From: an uncultured Rhodospirillaceae bacterium | GTDB lineage: Bacteria; Pseudomonadota; Alphaproteobacteria; UBA9219 | Reading direction: 5' to 3' | DNA length: 47,176 bases | Assembly (NCBI GenBank): GCA_964398175.1 | Contig: CAYNLV010000001.1 | Location: 1 to 47,176 of the forward strand | Shown: positions 7,386-17,267 of the stretch, piece by piece | Position numbering within the stretch: position 1 is the stretch's first letter | Layout of the letters: each line of letters begins with the position of its first letter | Translations under genes and position numbers: made by a program | The notes under the pieces: model-generated | Databases searched by the model: none | What the model saw: the letters and a program-made list of their open reading frames with translations, nothing else | Told to the model about the DNA's origin: nothing

Positions 7386-8699
7386 GTGCTTGCGAACTTG
7401 GGCATCATTTTTCTTCTTCTCCTGTTGAACGGCTTTTTCGCCATGGCCGAGCTGGCGATTGTCTCGGCTCGCCGCGTACGCTTGAAGCAGTTTGTGGAAG
7501 ACCAGAAAAAAGGCGCAAAAGAGGCCCTGCAACTTGCGGAAGATCCCAGCTCGTTTCTTTCCATTGTTCAAATCGGCGTTACGCTTAACAGCGTTCTTGC
7601 CGGCGCTTTCAGCGGCACAACGCTGGCCGAGCCGTTTGGAAAGTACCTGAATACATTATCATGGATCGCCCCGCATGGGATTTCGGTTGCTCTGGCTGTT
7701 ACCGTTCTCGGGGTTACCTATTTTAGCCTTGTGATTGGGGAACTGGTTCCTAAACGCATTGGCCTTTCCTACGCCGAGCTTATTGCCGTTCGTGTCGCGC
7801 GGTTTATGGCCTTTCTGGCTTTTCTGGCAGCCCCGGTTGTATGTCTGCTCCGCTTGTCAACGAACCTGACGCTCAAGCTCTTGAGACTCGATAACCCCGG
7901 CACGGTGCAAATAACGGAAGACGAAGTGAAGGAGCTTATTGCCGAAGGCACGGAGTCCGGCGTCTTTAAACCTGCCGAGAAGAAAATGCTGGAAGGCGTG
8001 ATGCGTTTAGCCGACCGCACGGTGCGCACCATTATGACGCCACGCATTGATATGGTCTGGCTCAGCGAGAGTGACTCGCCGGAAGAGCACGCGCGTCAGG
8101 TTCACGGCAGCAGTTACAGCCGTTTTCCGGTGGTCAGAGGGGATCTGGAAGAGGTCTTAGGCATCGTTCAGGCAAAGGACGTGCTGAACGCCATGTTTGA
8201 AGGCCGTCCTCTAAATATCGTTTCTGTCATGCGCGCACCGCTTTGCGTGCCGGATACGACGCCAATACTCAGGCTTCTGGACCAGTTCAAGCAATCCGGC
8301 CAGCATCTCGCGATTGTCATTGACGAATACGGCAGTGTTGAAGGTCTTGTCACGATGACCGACATTCTGGAGGCGATCATCGGCGATTTGCCGGAGCTGG
8401 GGCAGGAAGCCTATTACAAGCCGGTGCGGCGCGAAGACGGGAGCTGGCTTATTGACGGCATGATGCCGATTGATGAGGTGGAAACGTTGATCGGCCTCAA
8501 GAACATGCGCGAGGAGGGCGATTTTCACACGCTTGCCGGTTTTATCATTGAGAAGCTTGGACGCATTCCTGCCGCAGGCGATCACTTTATATGGAACGGC
8601 GCGCGCTTCGAGGTTGTCGATATGGACGCGCGCCGCGTGGACAAGGTCATGATTATGCCGCCGGTTTCTGAACAGGAAAATTCATCCGATGGGATTTAG
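7386..8699 (+). CDS. CNNM/TlyC-family membrane protein (DUF21 + tandem CBS + CorC_HlyC domains; 'hemolysin family protein')
   Basis: GTG start. The N-terminus LLLLLNGFFAMAELAIVSARR is typical of DUF21. A CBS pair follows (TIMTPRIDMVWL..., VVRGDLEEVLGIV), then C-terminal WLIDGMMPIDEVE...GHTLAGFI...F.V..MD.RRV. Its TAG stop overlaps the stop of the convergent downstream gene (TTAG). Confidence 0.9.
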   Translation: MLANLGIIFLLLLLNGFFAMAELAIVSARRVRLKQFVEDQKKGAKEALQLAEDPSSFLSIVQIGVTLNSVLAGAFSGTTLAEPFGKYLNTLSWIAPHGISVALAVTVLGVTYFSLVIGELVPKRIGLSYAELIAVRVARFMAFLAFLAAPVVCLLRLSTNLTLKLLRLDNPGTVQITEDEVKELIAEGTESGVFKPAEKKMLEGVMRLADRTVRTIMTPRIDMVWLSESDSPEEHARQVHGSSYSRFPVVRGDLEEVLGIVQAKDVLNAMFEGRPLNIVSVMRAPLCVPDTTPILRLLDQFKQSGQHLAIVIDEYGSVEGLVTMTDILEAIIGDLPELGQEAYYKPVRREDGSWLIDGMMPIDEVETLIGLKNMREEGDFHTLAGFIIEKLGRIPAAGDHFIWNGARFEVVDMDARRVDKVMIMPPVSEQENSSDGI

Positions 8700-11272
8700 G
8701 AAGAAACGGCAGGTCCCTGTTTCTTTTGTTTCAGAACAACATTTAACATCGACACAATGAGCGCGGCCCAGTAGGGCAAGGTCTGGACACACAACATGCC
8801 CGACCATAATTGCGCGTTGAAGTTCGACATTTCAAAACGGTAAAGAATAGCGCCTGCCGAAATAAGCAAGGCCAGCAGCAATATAATTTCTTCACGCGCC
8901 ATAAGAAAACCTTGCACAATGGCAGGCTTATCTTCGCATTTGGGCGTGCGGAAAAAAGGTTTTCCGGATGTGAACAAGCCTTGCCAGACGGCGCGGCTAA
9001 CGGAATGCGTCAACGCCATGCCCGCTATGGCCGCGCCGAGCCTGTCGCGCCAGCCGCATTTGACGCGCGCGCGGTAAAGCCAAAAACCGGAAGCAATCTT
9101 GAAGACGAAAACGCTGAGCGTCGGTACGAGGAAAACGGCCGGTGGGAACTCAACCCATTTGAAAAGCAAGAGAATAGACCACACAAGCGCGGCGGCAACG
9201 AACGCAAGATGGGCGGCATCGGCGAACCATGGCAACCAGCCTGAAATAAAGTGGTACCGTTGTCCCTGTGTGAGGCGGACACTTTTGTTGCGCGTTTCAC
9301 TCAGGGCTTTCCAGTGGCGTTTCAGGATTTGGACCGCGCCGTAGGCCCAACGGAAACGCTGGGTTTTGTAACCGCCGAAACTGTCCGGGATAAGCCCGCG
9401 GCCCAAAGAATGTTCGAGATAAACGGCTTCATAACCGCGCTCGAAAAGGCGCAAACCGAGTTCGGCATCTTCGGTGATGCACCATTCGGCCCACCCGCCC
9501 ACGCGTTTCATCGCATCCTTGCGGATAAGAGTCATGGTGCCATGCTGGATAATCGCGTTGCGCTCGTTCCGTTGCACCATGCCGATGTGGAAGAAGCCCG
9601 CATACTCCCAATAACACATGCGCTTGAACAAGCTTTCATTGCCGTCACGATAATCCTGCGGCGCTTGAACGAAGGCGACGTCAGGATTTTCGAAGTAAGG
9701 CACCGTCGCGTGCAGCCAGTCCGATGACACAACATAATCGCTGTCAATAACGCCGAAAATCTCGGCATCCTCGGCCATTTGCGTCAGCGCAAAATTAAGC
9801 GCGCCGGCCTTGTAACCCGGCCATTTCGGCAAGTGAAAGAAGCGGAAACGCGGCCCCAGTTTTGCGCAGTACTCTTCAAGAGGTTTCCAGACTTCTTCGT
9901 CCTTTGTGTTGTTGTCGATGACGAGAACTTCGAAGTTTGGATAGGCGAGATCCGCAAGCGCGTCTAACGTTTGCATAACCATATGGGGCGGTTCGTTATA
10001 ACAAGGCACATGAATTGAAACCTTGGGCGTATCGAGGGGGAGGGGTTTATCCAGCGGCGGAAAAGCGCGGCGCCGGTTAGCCCAGATTACCTCCGTCAGT
10101 TCTAGTCCATCGACAAGGAGAAGAGCGAGCAAGACGACTTGAAAGCCGATCAGAACTGCCCATGCGATGGTATTGGCGGTGATGATTTTCTCGGCAACAG
10201 CAGCCATTATGGCCCAGACAAGCATGGACGATGCGGCCTGAATCAACAGCGCGTAGAAAACGATGCCTGCCGGTTTCAAGTCAATGCGCCGGCGTACGAA
10301 CCACTGGATAGGCCAGAGCGCAAGAAGCGAGGCAATCAGGAAACCCCAAAACCAATGCGCGGATTCGTGGACAATTCCGCTCATGGAAAACTTGGGTTTC
10401 CGGTTCGCATCCCACAATCCCCAGTGGGCGCCGACCGTGCCTTCGATGCTGCGCTTCCACGGCGCGTCAATGGCCTCGACGATGGAGTAATCAAGACGTT
10501 CTTCGCTTGCAAGATTGAGAAACTCGCGGATGAAGCGGGCTTGATTAATTTGCGAGGGTTCAGATCCCTTGACCCACTGCCCTTCGCTGGGCCACCCGAC
10601 TTCGCCGATGAAAATATGCTTGTCCGGGAATGCAGCCTGTAACTGTTGCCAACGGTAGCGAACGTAATTGACGGCCCCATCAATCGGAACGCCTTCCCAG
10701 TAAGGGAGAATATGGACGGTAATATAATCGACCGCTTGGGCAAGCTCAGGGTATTTGAGCCAGATATGCCATGGCTCGGCCGTGGAGACGGGAACGCTGA
10801 CTTGCCTTTTTACGCGTTCAAGAAACGAAAGCATTTCATCGATCTTAACATCGCCACGCAGTAGAGATTCGTTGCCAACAATAACCCGGCGGATGTTGGT
10901 GTTTGATCGTAGGACATTAATCAAATGAGTCACTTCGTTAGCGTTTGTTTTTGCATCAGGGCCAAGCCAGGCGCCAGGCGTGACCAACAGGTCATATTTT
11001 TTTGCCAAAGCAACAATGCGATCGAGACCGTCACTGATGCCATAAGTGCGGATGCTATACACATGGGCGGACAAAAGCTCCATGTCGCGTTCAATAGTTT
11101 TGTCGGAATAACGGTTGTCGCTATCTCCGGCCTTATAGCCGCTGTAGGACAGACTGTTTATGAGACCGCCCCAAGGCCTTTCGATCGCACCTCTGTTGAT
11201 CAGCGCCCAGACGGCAAAGTTAACCGCTAGAACGATGGCAATAATGGACGTGATGCGTTGAAGCGTGCGCAT
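8696..11272 (-). CDS. GH17 glycoside hydrolase-like domain fused to a multi-pass membrane processive GT2 (NdvB-like beta-glucan synthase)
   Basis: The N-terminal TM segment is followed by GH17 motifs (IRTYG, VIVGNESL, IFIGEVGWPSEG). Then come TM segments and GT2 motifs (VSIHVPCYNEPP, VIDNN, VIDSDY, QAPQ, TEDAELG, QRFRWAYG). The architecture matches Pseudomonas NdvB-type cyclic beta-1,3-glucan synthases. Confidence 0.8.
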   Translation of the reverse strand: MRTLQRITSIIAIVLAVNFAVWALINRGAIERPWGGLINSLSYSGYKAGDSDNRYSDKTIERDMELLSAHVYSIRTYGISDGLDRIVALAKKYDLLVTPGAWLGPDAKTNANEVTHLINVLRSNTNIRRVIVGNESLLRGDVKIDEMLSFLERVKRQVSVPVSTAEPWHIWLKYPELAQAVDYITVHILPYWEGVPIDGAVNYVRYRWQQLQAAFPDKHIFIGEVGWPSEGQWVKGSEPSQINQARFIREFLNLASEERLDYSIVEAIDAPWKRSIEGTVGAHWGLWDANRKPKFSMSGIVHESAHWFWGFLIASLLALWPIQWFVRRRIDLKPAGIVFYALLIQAASSMLVWAIMAAVAEKIITANTIAWAVLIGFQVVLLALLLVDGLELTEVIWANRRRAFPPLDKPLPLDTPKVSIHVPCYNEPPHMVMQTLDALADLAYPNFEVLVIDNNTKDEEVWKPLEEYCAKLGPRFRFFHLPKWPGYKAGALNFALTQMAEDAEIFGVIDSDYVVSSDWLHATVPYFENPDVAFVQAPQDYRDGNESLFKRMCYWEYAGFFHIGMVQRNERNAIIQHGTMTLIRKDAMKRVGGWAEWCITEDAELGLRLFERGYEAVYLEHSLGRGLIPDSFGGYKTQRFRWAYGAVQILKRHWKALSETRNKSVRLTQGQRYHFISGWLPWFADAAHLAFVAAALVWSILLLFKWVEFPPAVFLVPTLSVFVFKIASGFWLYRARVKCGWRDRLGAAIAGMALTHSVSRAVWQGLFTSGKPFFRTPKCEDKPAIVQGFLMAREEIILLLALLISAGAILYRFEMSNFNAQLWSGMLCVQTLPYWAALIVSMLNVVLKQKKQGPAVSS

Positions 11273-11276
11273 AAAT

Positions 11277-11417
11277 GAGGTTAGGGGTTAGGGATCAGGG
11301 GCTCGGAAAGATATAAATCCTTACATAATGAAATCACAAGTTTGATTAAATACGACTTTTCGAGCTGATATCTAATCCCAAATCCCTAGCCCCAAGCCCC
11401 TAGCCACGAATCCCCTC
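11277..11417. repeat. G-run arm (11277-11303) and C-run arm (11371-11417) forming an imperfect inverted repeat around an AT-rich ~65-bp spacer
   Basis: GGGGTTAGGGAT (11284-11295) is complementary to ATCCCTAGCCCC (11382-11393) at 11/12 positions, the twelfth being a G:U. The left arm has 4 G-runs and the right arm has 5 C-runs, so both are G4-compatible. The element fills the spacer between the MlaC-like stop and the NdvB-like start. Confidence 0.4.
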
Positions 11418-11420
11418 TTA

Positions 11421-12080
11421 TCAGGTCGCGCCCATTTTCTTTGATTTTTCGCCTAAAGTCGCGATTAAGGCGCTAAATCCTTCACGCTTAACAATAGCGC
11501 TAAATTCCGACCGGCGAACCGCGAGTTCGCTAATCGAGGCGTCGAGAAACACGTCCACGATTCGCAACTGGCCTTTGTCGTCGGTGCGAACGAGATAATT
11601 AAGAGTTACGGACGCGCCGCCTTTAGGCGTGAGCTTGGTTTCGACGATGAAGCCGCCATTACTGGCAGGCTTTTCGCCCAGCACGTCGAACTGTTCACCA
11701 TCAAATTTAGTGAAACGACTGGCGTAGTTAGCAACACTGAACTTGGAGAAGGCGTCGACGATACGTTGCTGGTCCTCAATCCCGGCTTGCGCCCATGCGG
11801 GCCCGACGGCAAAACGCGCCATCAGCGGCAGGTCAAACGTGCCTTTGACGATGGGCTCCAGCTTCTTGAAGCGGCCACTGAAACCGAGTTTGTCGCCTTG
11901 CTTCATCGTGTCGAGCAATTGCGCATAAAAGTTCTTGACTAACTGTATTGCGGAAGTTTCGGGCGTTTCAGCAAAAGCAGGCGAGGCAACGGCAAAGAAA
12001 GCAAAGGTCAACAGGAAGAGACCAAGATGTTTGATGTTATTCATATCCATTCCGTTCATGTTCAAGCGCGAGGGCTGCAC
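11421..12080 (-). CDS. MlaC/Ttg2D-family periplasmic lipid-binding protein
   Basis: Signal peptide HLGLFLLTFAFFAVASPAFA. Family-typical blocks are FDLPLMARFAVGPAW, FSKFSVANYASRF, LRIVDVFLDASISELAVRRSEF. The start is ambiguous, with ATGs at 12059, 12050 and 12044. Confidence 0.7.
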   Translation of the reverse strand: MQPSRLNMNGMDMNNIKHLGLFLLTFAFFAVASPAFAETPETSAIQLVKNFYAQLLDTMKQGDKLGFSGRFKKLEPIVKGTFDLPLMARFAVGPAWAQAGIEDQQRIVDAFSKFSVANYASRFTKFDGEQFDVLGEKPASNGGFIVETKLTPKGGASVTLNYLVRTDDKGQLRIVDVFLDASISELAVRRSEFSAIVKREGFSALIATLGEKSKKMGAT

Positions 12081-12111
12081 GAAGACACTCTCAGAGAGAA
12101 ATCCGGCAAAA

Positions 12112-14136
12112 TTATGCCCGGGCTAAAATCGCGCGGGCCTCTTCGATATCAAGGGCTTCGAGGGCCTTGGCGACAATGTGGCGGGCGCTGAGCCCGGCCG
12201 CATCGTATTGTTTGTAGGCGGCATCTTGCGGCTGGAAGTCATCCGGAAGCGTCATGGCGCGAATCTTGAGCCCGTGATCCACGAGTCCTAGATTCGCGAG
12301 GTGGTGTATCACATGGCTGCCAAAGCCGCCAATAGAACCTTCTTCGATCGTTAAAATAACCTCGTGTGACCGAGCTAGGCGCTTGATCAGGTCCATGTCG
12401 AGCGGCTTGGCAAAGCGCATGTCCGCGATGGTTGTGCTGAGTCCCCGCGCATCAAGCTCTGCAGCGGCTTTCCGGCATTCCACGAGTCGTGTGCCGAGGT
12501 TCAGGATCGCGATTTTACTTCCTTCCTTCACAATCCGTCCTTTGCCAATGGGCAGGACTTCGCCGCGCGCCGGCAGGACAAGTCCTTCGCCTTCGCCGCG
12601 GGGGTAGCGAACGGCAGTCGGCATGTCGTCGATAGCGGCAGCAGTGGCCACCATGTGCATCAACTCAACTTCGTCCCCAGCCGCCATCACGATGACGTTA
12701 GGGAGGCAGCTCATGAAGGCAAGATCGAACGAACCGGCGTGCGTCTGGCCATCCGCACCCACCAGTCCGGCGCGGTCCATCATCAGCGCCACAGGCAGCT
12801 TTTGCAGAACGACATCGTGCATAACCTGGTCATACGCGCGTTGCATGAAGGATGAATATATCGCGCAAAACGGCTTGAAGCCTTCGCAGGCAAGGCCTGC
12901 TGCAAAGGTTACGGCGTGTTGCTCGGCAATGCCGACATCAAAGAAGCGCTCCGGGAACTTTTTGGCAAAAAGATCGAGGCCTGTACCAGCAGGCATTGCT
13001 GCCGTAATGGCCAGAATACGGTCGTTCACTTCCGCCTCTTTGATCAGGGCGTTCGCAAACACCTTGGTATAGGAGGGAGATGTTGTGGCGGGCTTGTCCT
13101 GATCGCCCGTGACAACGTTGAACCGCGCGACGGCGTGCAGTTTGTCCGGCGCGTTTTCAGCCGGCGCATAGCCGCGGCCTTTTTCCGTCACGACGTGGAT
13201 AAGAACCGGCCCGCCCTGCGGGTCATCGCGGACGTTTTCCAACACGGGTACAAGGTGATCGAAATTATGCCCGTCGATTGGCCCGACATAGTAAAAGCCC
13301 ATTTCCTCAAACAGCGTGCCGCCGGTCACCATGCCGCGGGCGTAATGCTCGGCCTTCCGGGCGGCTTCCTTCAGGCGGCGCGGGAAGATACTGGCGAACT
13401 CTTTCGCAATATGGCGCAGGCCGCGGTATTCTTTTGATGACACGAGGCGCGACAAGTAAGCGCTCACGGCGCCGGTCGGCGGCGCAATAGACATGTCGTT
13501 ATCGTTGAGGATAATGATCAAGCGCGAATTGGAAGCGCCCGCGTTGTTCATCGCTTCGTAAGCCATGCCAGCGCTGATGGACCCATCGCCGATTACGGCA
13601 ATGACATTATTCTTTTTCTTTTTAAAGTCACGGCCAATGGCAAAGCCAAAGGCGGCCGAAATAGATGTTGAACTATGGCCGGCGCCAAAGGGGTCGTATT
13701 TGCTTTCCGTGCGTTTTGTAAAGCCGGACAACCCCCCGCCTTGACGTAAGGTGCGGATCCGGTCGCGGCGGCCAGTCAGAATCTTATGCGGGTAGGCCTG
13801 ATGGCCGACATCCCAAATGACGATATCTTCGGGCGTGTTGAAGACGTAATGAAGCGCGGTGGTTAATTCGACGACGCCAAGGCCCGAACCGAAGTGGCCT
13901 CCAGTCACGGATACAGCCGAAATAGTCTCAGCCCGGAGTTCGTCAGCCAGTTGTGGTAATTGCTCAGGTTTAAGCTTACGCAAGTCTTGCGGCCAAGTGA
14001 TTGTGTCCAAGAGAGGCGTCAAAGGGCGCCCTGTTATACGCGGGTGAATGTCTTTGGCCTCGACAGCTTCTCCATTTTCGAAGGGGCTATCCTCATAAGT
14101 CTTACGGGGAGCCTTGATTTTGGGTGGAGTATTCAC
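12112..14136 (-). CDS. dxs: 1-deoxy-D-xylulose-5-phosphate synthase
   Basis: [16 protein letters not shown]...[27 protein letters not shown], ThDP motif [18 protein letters not shown], and [19 protein letters not shown]. It carries an N-terminal extension of about 35 aa relative to typical Dxs. Confidence 0.95.
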   Translation of the reverse strand: MNTPPKIKAPRKTYEDSPFENGEAVEAKDIHPRITGRPLTPLLDTITWPQDLRKLKPEQLPQLADELRAETISAVSVTGGHFGSGLGVVELTTALHYVFNTPEDIVIWDVGHQAYPHKILTGRRDRIRTLRQGGGLSGFTKRTESKYDPFGAGHSSTSISAAFGFAIGRDFKKKKNNVIAVIGDGSISAGMAYEAMNNAGASNSRLIIILNDNDMSIAPPTGAVSAYLSRLVSSKEYRGLRHIAKEFASIFPRRLKEAARKAEHYARGMVTGGTLFEEMGFYYVGPIDGHNFDHLVPVLENVRDDPQGGPVLIHVVTEKGRGYAPAENAPDKLHAVARFNVVTGDQDKPATTSPSYTKVFANALIKEAEVNDRILAITAAMPAGTGLDLFAKKFPERFFDVGIAEQHAVTFAAGLACEGFKPFCAIYSSFMQRAYDQVMHDVVLQKLPVALMMDRAGLVGADGQTHAGSFDLAFMSCLPNVIVMAAGDEVELMHMVATAAAIDDMPTAVRYPRGEGEGLVLPARGEVLPIGKGRIVKEGSKIAILNLGTRLVECRKAAAELDARGLSTTIADMRFAKPLDMDLIKRLARSHEVILTIEEGSIGGFGSHVIHHLANLGLVDHGLKIRAMTLPDDFQPQDAAYKQYDAAGLSARHIVAKALEALDIEEARAILARA

Positions 14137-14287
14137 GCGCTTCTCCCTGTTTATTTTCTCGTACTAACGTCAACAATCTCGCTTTTCGTTTGGCGTAGAC
14201 TCAGCAGCTCAACCCTTCATCCATAGCATTTTCGGGTGCAAGGCCGGAATGATTAGCCCCTCTGTGGGGCATTATGCAAGGGAGGCG

Positions 14288-14938
14288 TTACTTTCCCGCC
14301 ACATAGTGCGCCGCAGCAACGAAATGTTTGAGCCATTCCGGCCGTTTATCCCAATTCCCCCGAAGGATAAAACTTGGGTGAAAGGTGGGGATAACGGGCA
14401 CAGCGGGCAATAAACGGCAATTAAAACGCTGCCCAACCTTGGTTAATAGACCGTTTTCGCCTGTTAAGGCCCAAAAAGGCGTTCGTCCTAAAGCCACGAG
14501 AATCATACGAGATTTGGCCCTTTTTCTATATTTTTCAAGACGTAATTTAAGGTGCTTAATTTCTTTCGCGAAATCGGCGCGGCACCAGTAACTGCCAAAA
14601 CGTCCCCATTCTTCTGCTAATGATACCCCTTGACCGGCAGCCGCACGCCTTGACAGGAAAAAATGGTCAACTTTGTTTCCCGGCGGCTGGAAACGAAAAA
14701 CATTAGCAACAATAGAGTCTTCACGTTTTATTCCTGCTTCAAGGAGCATTTCATTGAGGAGTTGTCCGCTACGTCCAACGAAGGGCCGCCCCAAACGAAC
14801 CTCATCCTTTCCTGGCGCTTCTCCAACCAGCACAAGGCCGTTCCAACAGTTTAATCCATTCGGTTCTTCGTAATTAACACAAGGCAAAGAATGGTTTGGT
14901 TCCGCTAAGACACCACCAAGATCAAAAGGATACTGCAT
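14288..14938 (-). CDS. Uracil-DNA glycosylase superfamily protein (family 4/5-like)
   Basis: Motif A is LVGEAPGKDEVRLGRPFVGRSGQLLN. Motif B is IPTFHPSFILRG. Confidence 0.7.
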   Translation of the reverse strand: MQYPFDLGGVLAEPNHSLPCVNYEEPNGLNCWNGLVLVGEAPGKDEVRLGRPFVGRSGQLLNEMLLEAGIKREDSIVANVFRFQPPGNKVDHFFLSRRAAAGQGVSLAEEWGRFGSYWCRADFAKEIKHLKLRLEKYRKRAKSRMILVALGRTPFWALTGENGLLTKVGQRFNCRLLPAVPVIPTFHPSFILRGNWDKRPEWLKHFVAAAHYVAGK

Positions 14939-15065
14939 GAACTTATTCCATTTAGCGAATCAAGAGGTTAACTCGATATTAGCAGTCTCTGCGCCAAAGT
15001 GCGTAATTGTGGGGATCCCCTACCGAACAGCCCTCTGTTACCGGAAATCTTAAGGCTGCAAACAT

Positions 15066-17207
15066 ATGACGGACAGGACGGCAACGCTTGCCATGACGCC
15101 AATCATGGGAGCCACAACGTGGTTTCTCAGGGTGGTGGCTATTATCGGCGTTGTTATCGCGTTGTTGCAATTTATTCTGGTCCGTCAGCAAGTCAGCGGC
15201 TTTTTAACCCAACAGATTAAACAAGCAACACGTCAAGGCGTTGGAAGTCTTCAGCAACAGGTTAACCAGGATCAGTTTTTGGTCGAGTCCGTTGCTGACT
15301 TGCAGGCGATCAACCCCGATGCCGTCGCGAAAGAACTCCAACGTTTTATGTCGATTGCGCGCCGGGAGTATAGCTCAGTTGCATATATTTATCTGATTAC
15401 GGCAGGCGAGAGCCAGAGTGCAGGCAAAAGTCTTATTCTTACGCTTAATCATTATGCGCAACCATCTCCGGCATTTGAGCAAGATCCCAGACTTAAAAGC
15501 CTGATAAACGGAATTGTGTTGAAACCGCAGCCAATCACGACCGTTATTGATTTTGGCAAAGAGGCAGGCACGTGGGTGCTGTTCCTTCGCCCGGTCCCTG
15601 GCCAGGAAAAAACGGAAAAGATCATTGTAGGTCTGTCGCCACTTGACCGCTTGTTTGCAGGCGTCAATGATTTACGCAAGACTGGCGAGATTGTGGAATT
15701 TAAGGCCGTTGAAATTGAAGGAAATAACGCATTACCGTTTTTCACTTTTGACGATCCAAAGTCTTCTTGGCAGCTTACATCGCCGACCAGATCGCAAGAA
15801 TACATATTTTTGCATAATCGAAACTGGAGCATCGAGTTTGCGAGCATGCCGCCCCGCAACCTCACTATGGTTGCATCGTTGCCGTACATCATTCTTCTTG
15901 TCGGGCTTTTGCTGACTTGGGCATTAGTCATGTATTTAAGGGTGGTGCGTTCCCGTGGAGCGGAGGTTGCCGGACTGGCCTTGTCGTTACGGCAGGCGAA
16001 TGAAGAACTGAGCCGCCGCGTAGTCGACGAGGAACGCATGGCGCGTGCGTTACGTGAGAGTGAGCAAAAATACCGCGCTATCTTCGAGAACGCCGGTATC
16101 GGAATTTGCCAGATAGCTCCGTCTGGTGAATGGCTGAATGCTAATCGTACCATGTCGCAAATCCTCGGTTATGAAAGTCCGCAGGAACTTCTTTTGGTTC
16201 AACCGGACCTGCATGGCCAGTTATTTGTCGACTCAAAAGTGCGGCAAGACTGGTTTGCCAAACTGGAAGCCGGCAGTCAGCGCGAGTACGAGGCTGCGCT
16301 TTACACGAAAGACCAAAGAACATTACGGGTCGGCAAGGAAGGGCAGCGTGCGGTGTGGGTCAGCATGAGCGGTCATGCGGTGCGCGACGAGCGCGAGGAG
16401 GTACAATATTATGAGTGCACCATTTATGACGTGACCGAACGCCGCCATGCCGAAATGGCGTTGAAACAGGCGAAAGAACAAGCTGATTTTGCGAACCGGA
16501 GTAAATCCGAGTTTTTGGCCAACATGAGCCATGAACTGCGCACGCCATTAAACGCCATCATTGGTTTCTCGGAAATCATAAAGGAACAGTTGTTTGGTCC
16601 CGTGGGCCAGCCGCAGTATATCGAATATGCCCGGGACATATATGATAGCGGCGATTTACTGCTTTCGCTGATTAACGATATTCTGGATATGTCAAAGATT
16701 GAAGCAGGCAAACGTAATTTAACCGAAAGTGTGATCGATATTGGGCACACGGTAAAATCCGCCGTACGGCTTGTTGCCGTGCGCGCAAAGGCGGGACGTT
16801 TACATCTCAACATTAAGATGCCGCACGATCTGGCATCACTTCAAGGTGAAGAGAAAGCGGTCAAGCAGATTCTCACGAACCTCCTGACCAACGCCATCAA
16901 ATTTACGCCGGAAGGTGGAAGCGTGACTTTAACCGCGCTGATGGATGATCTGAACCGCATTATTATTAAAGTTGAAGACACAGGCATAGGCATGAAGCCG
17001 GAAGATATACCTGTGGCGTTGGCGCCATTCGGCCAGATTGAAAGCGTGTTGAGCCGTAAAAATCAGGGCACGGGCCTGGGTTTGCCGCTTACAAAAGCGC
17101 TCGTTGAATTGCACGATGGCATTCTTTCGATCGACAGCGAGCAAGGAAAAGGCACAACGGTAACCATTGCTTTCCCGGCGAACCGGACTGTGAATTGCTT
17201 AGTTTAA
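15066..17207 (+). CDS. Membrane sensor histidine kinase with periplasmic sensor region, PAS domain, HisKA and HATPase_c
   Basis: There are two TM segments (about residues 20-40 and 265-290). PAS: SEQKYRAIFENAGIGICQ. H-box: SHELRTPLNAIIGFSEI. N-box: LTNLLTNAIKFTPEGG. G1: VEDTGIGM. G2: GTGLGLPLTKALVELH. Confidence 0.85.
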   Translation: MTDRTATLAMTPIMGATTWFLRVVAIIGVVIALLQFILVRQQVSGFLTQQIKQATRQGVGSLQQQVNQDQFLVESVADLQAINPDAVAKELQRFMSIARREYSSVAYIYLITAGESQSAGKSLILTLNHYAQPSPAFEQDPRLKSLINGIVLKPQPITTVIDFGKEAGTWVLFLRPVPGQEKTEKIIVGLSPLDRLFAGVNDLRKTGEIVEFKAVEIEGNNALPFFTFDDPKSSWQLTSPTRSQEYIFLHNRNWSIEFASMPPRNLTMVASLPYIILLVGLLLTWALVMYLRVVRSRGAEVAGLALSLRQANEELSRRVVDEERMARALRESEQKYRAIFENAGIGICQIAPSGEWLNANRTMSQILGYESPQELLLVQPDLHGQLFVDSKVRQDWFAKLEAGSQREYEAALYTKDQRTLRVGKEGQRAVWVSMSGHAVRDEREEVQYYECTIYDVTERRHAEMALKQAKEQADFANRSKSEFLANMSHELRTPLNAIIGFSEIIKEQLFGPVGQPQYIEYARDIYDSGDLLLSLINDILDMSKIEAGKRNLTESVIDIGHTVKSAVRLVAVRAKAGRLHLNIKMPHDLASLQGEEKAVKQILTNLLTNAIKFTPEGGSVTLTALMDDLNRIIIKVEDTGIGMKPEDIPVALAPFGQIESVLSRKNQGTGLGLPLTKALVELHDGILSIDSEQGKGTTVTIAFPANRTVNCLV

Positions 17208-17267
17208 AGAATATTAACTAATTAGTGGGACTACTTTACAATAATTCTATTTTAAAGGGGTAGCGCC

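Noticed and set aside
12383-13490. Several plus-strand ORFs (74-173 aa) opposite dxs
   Set aside because: They are shadow ORFs within an unambiguous dxs gene.
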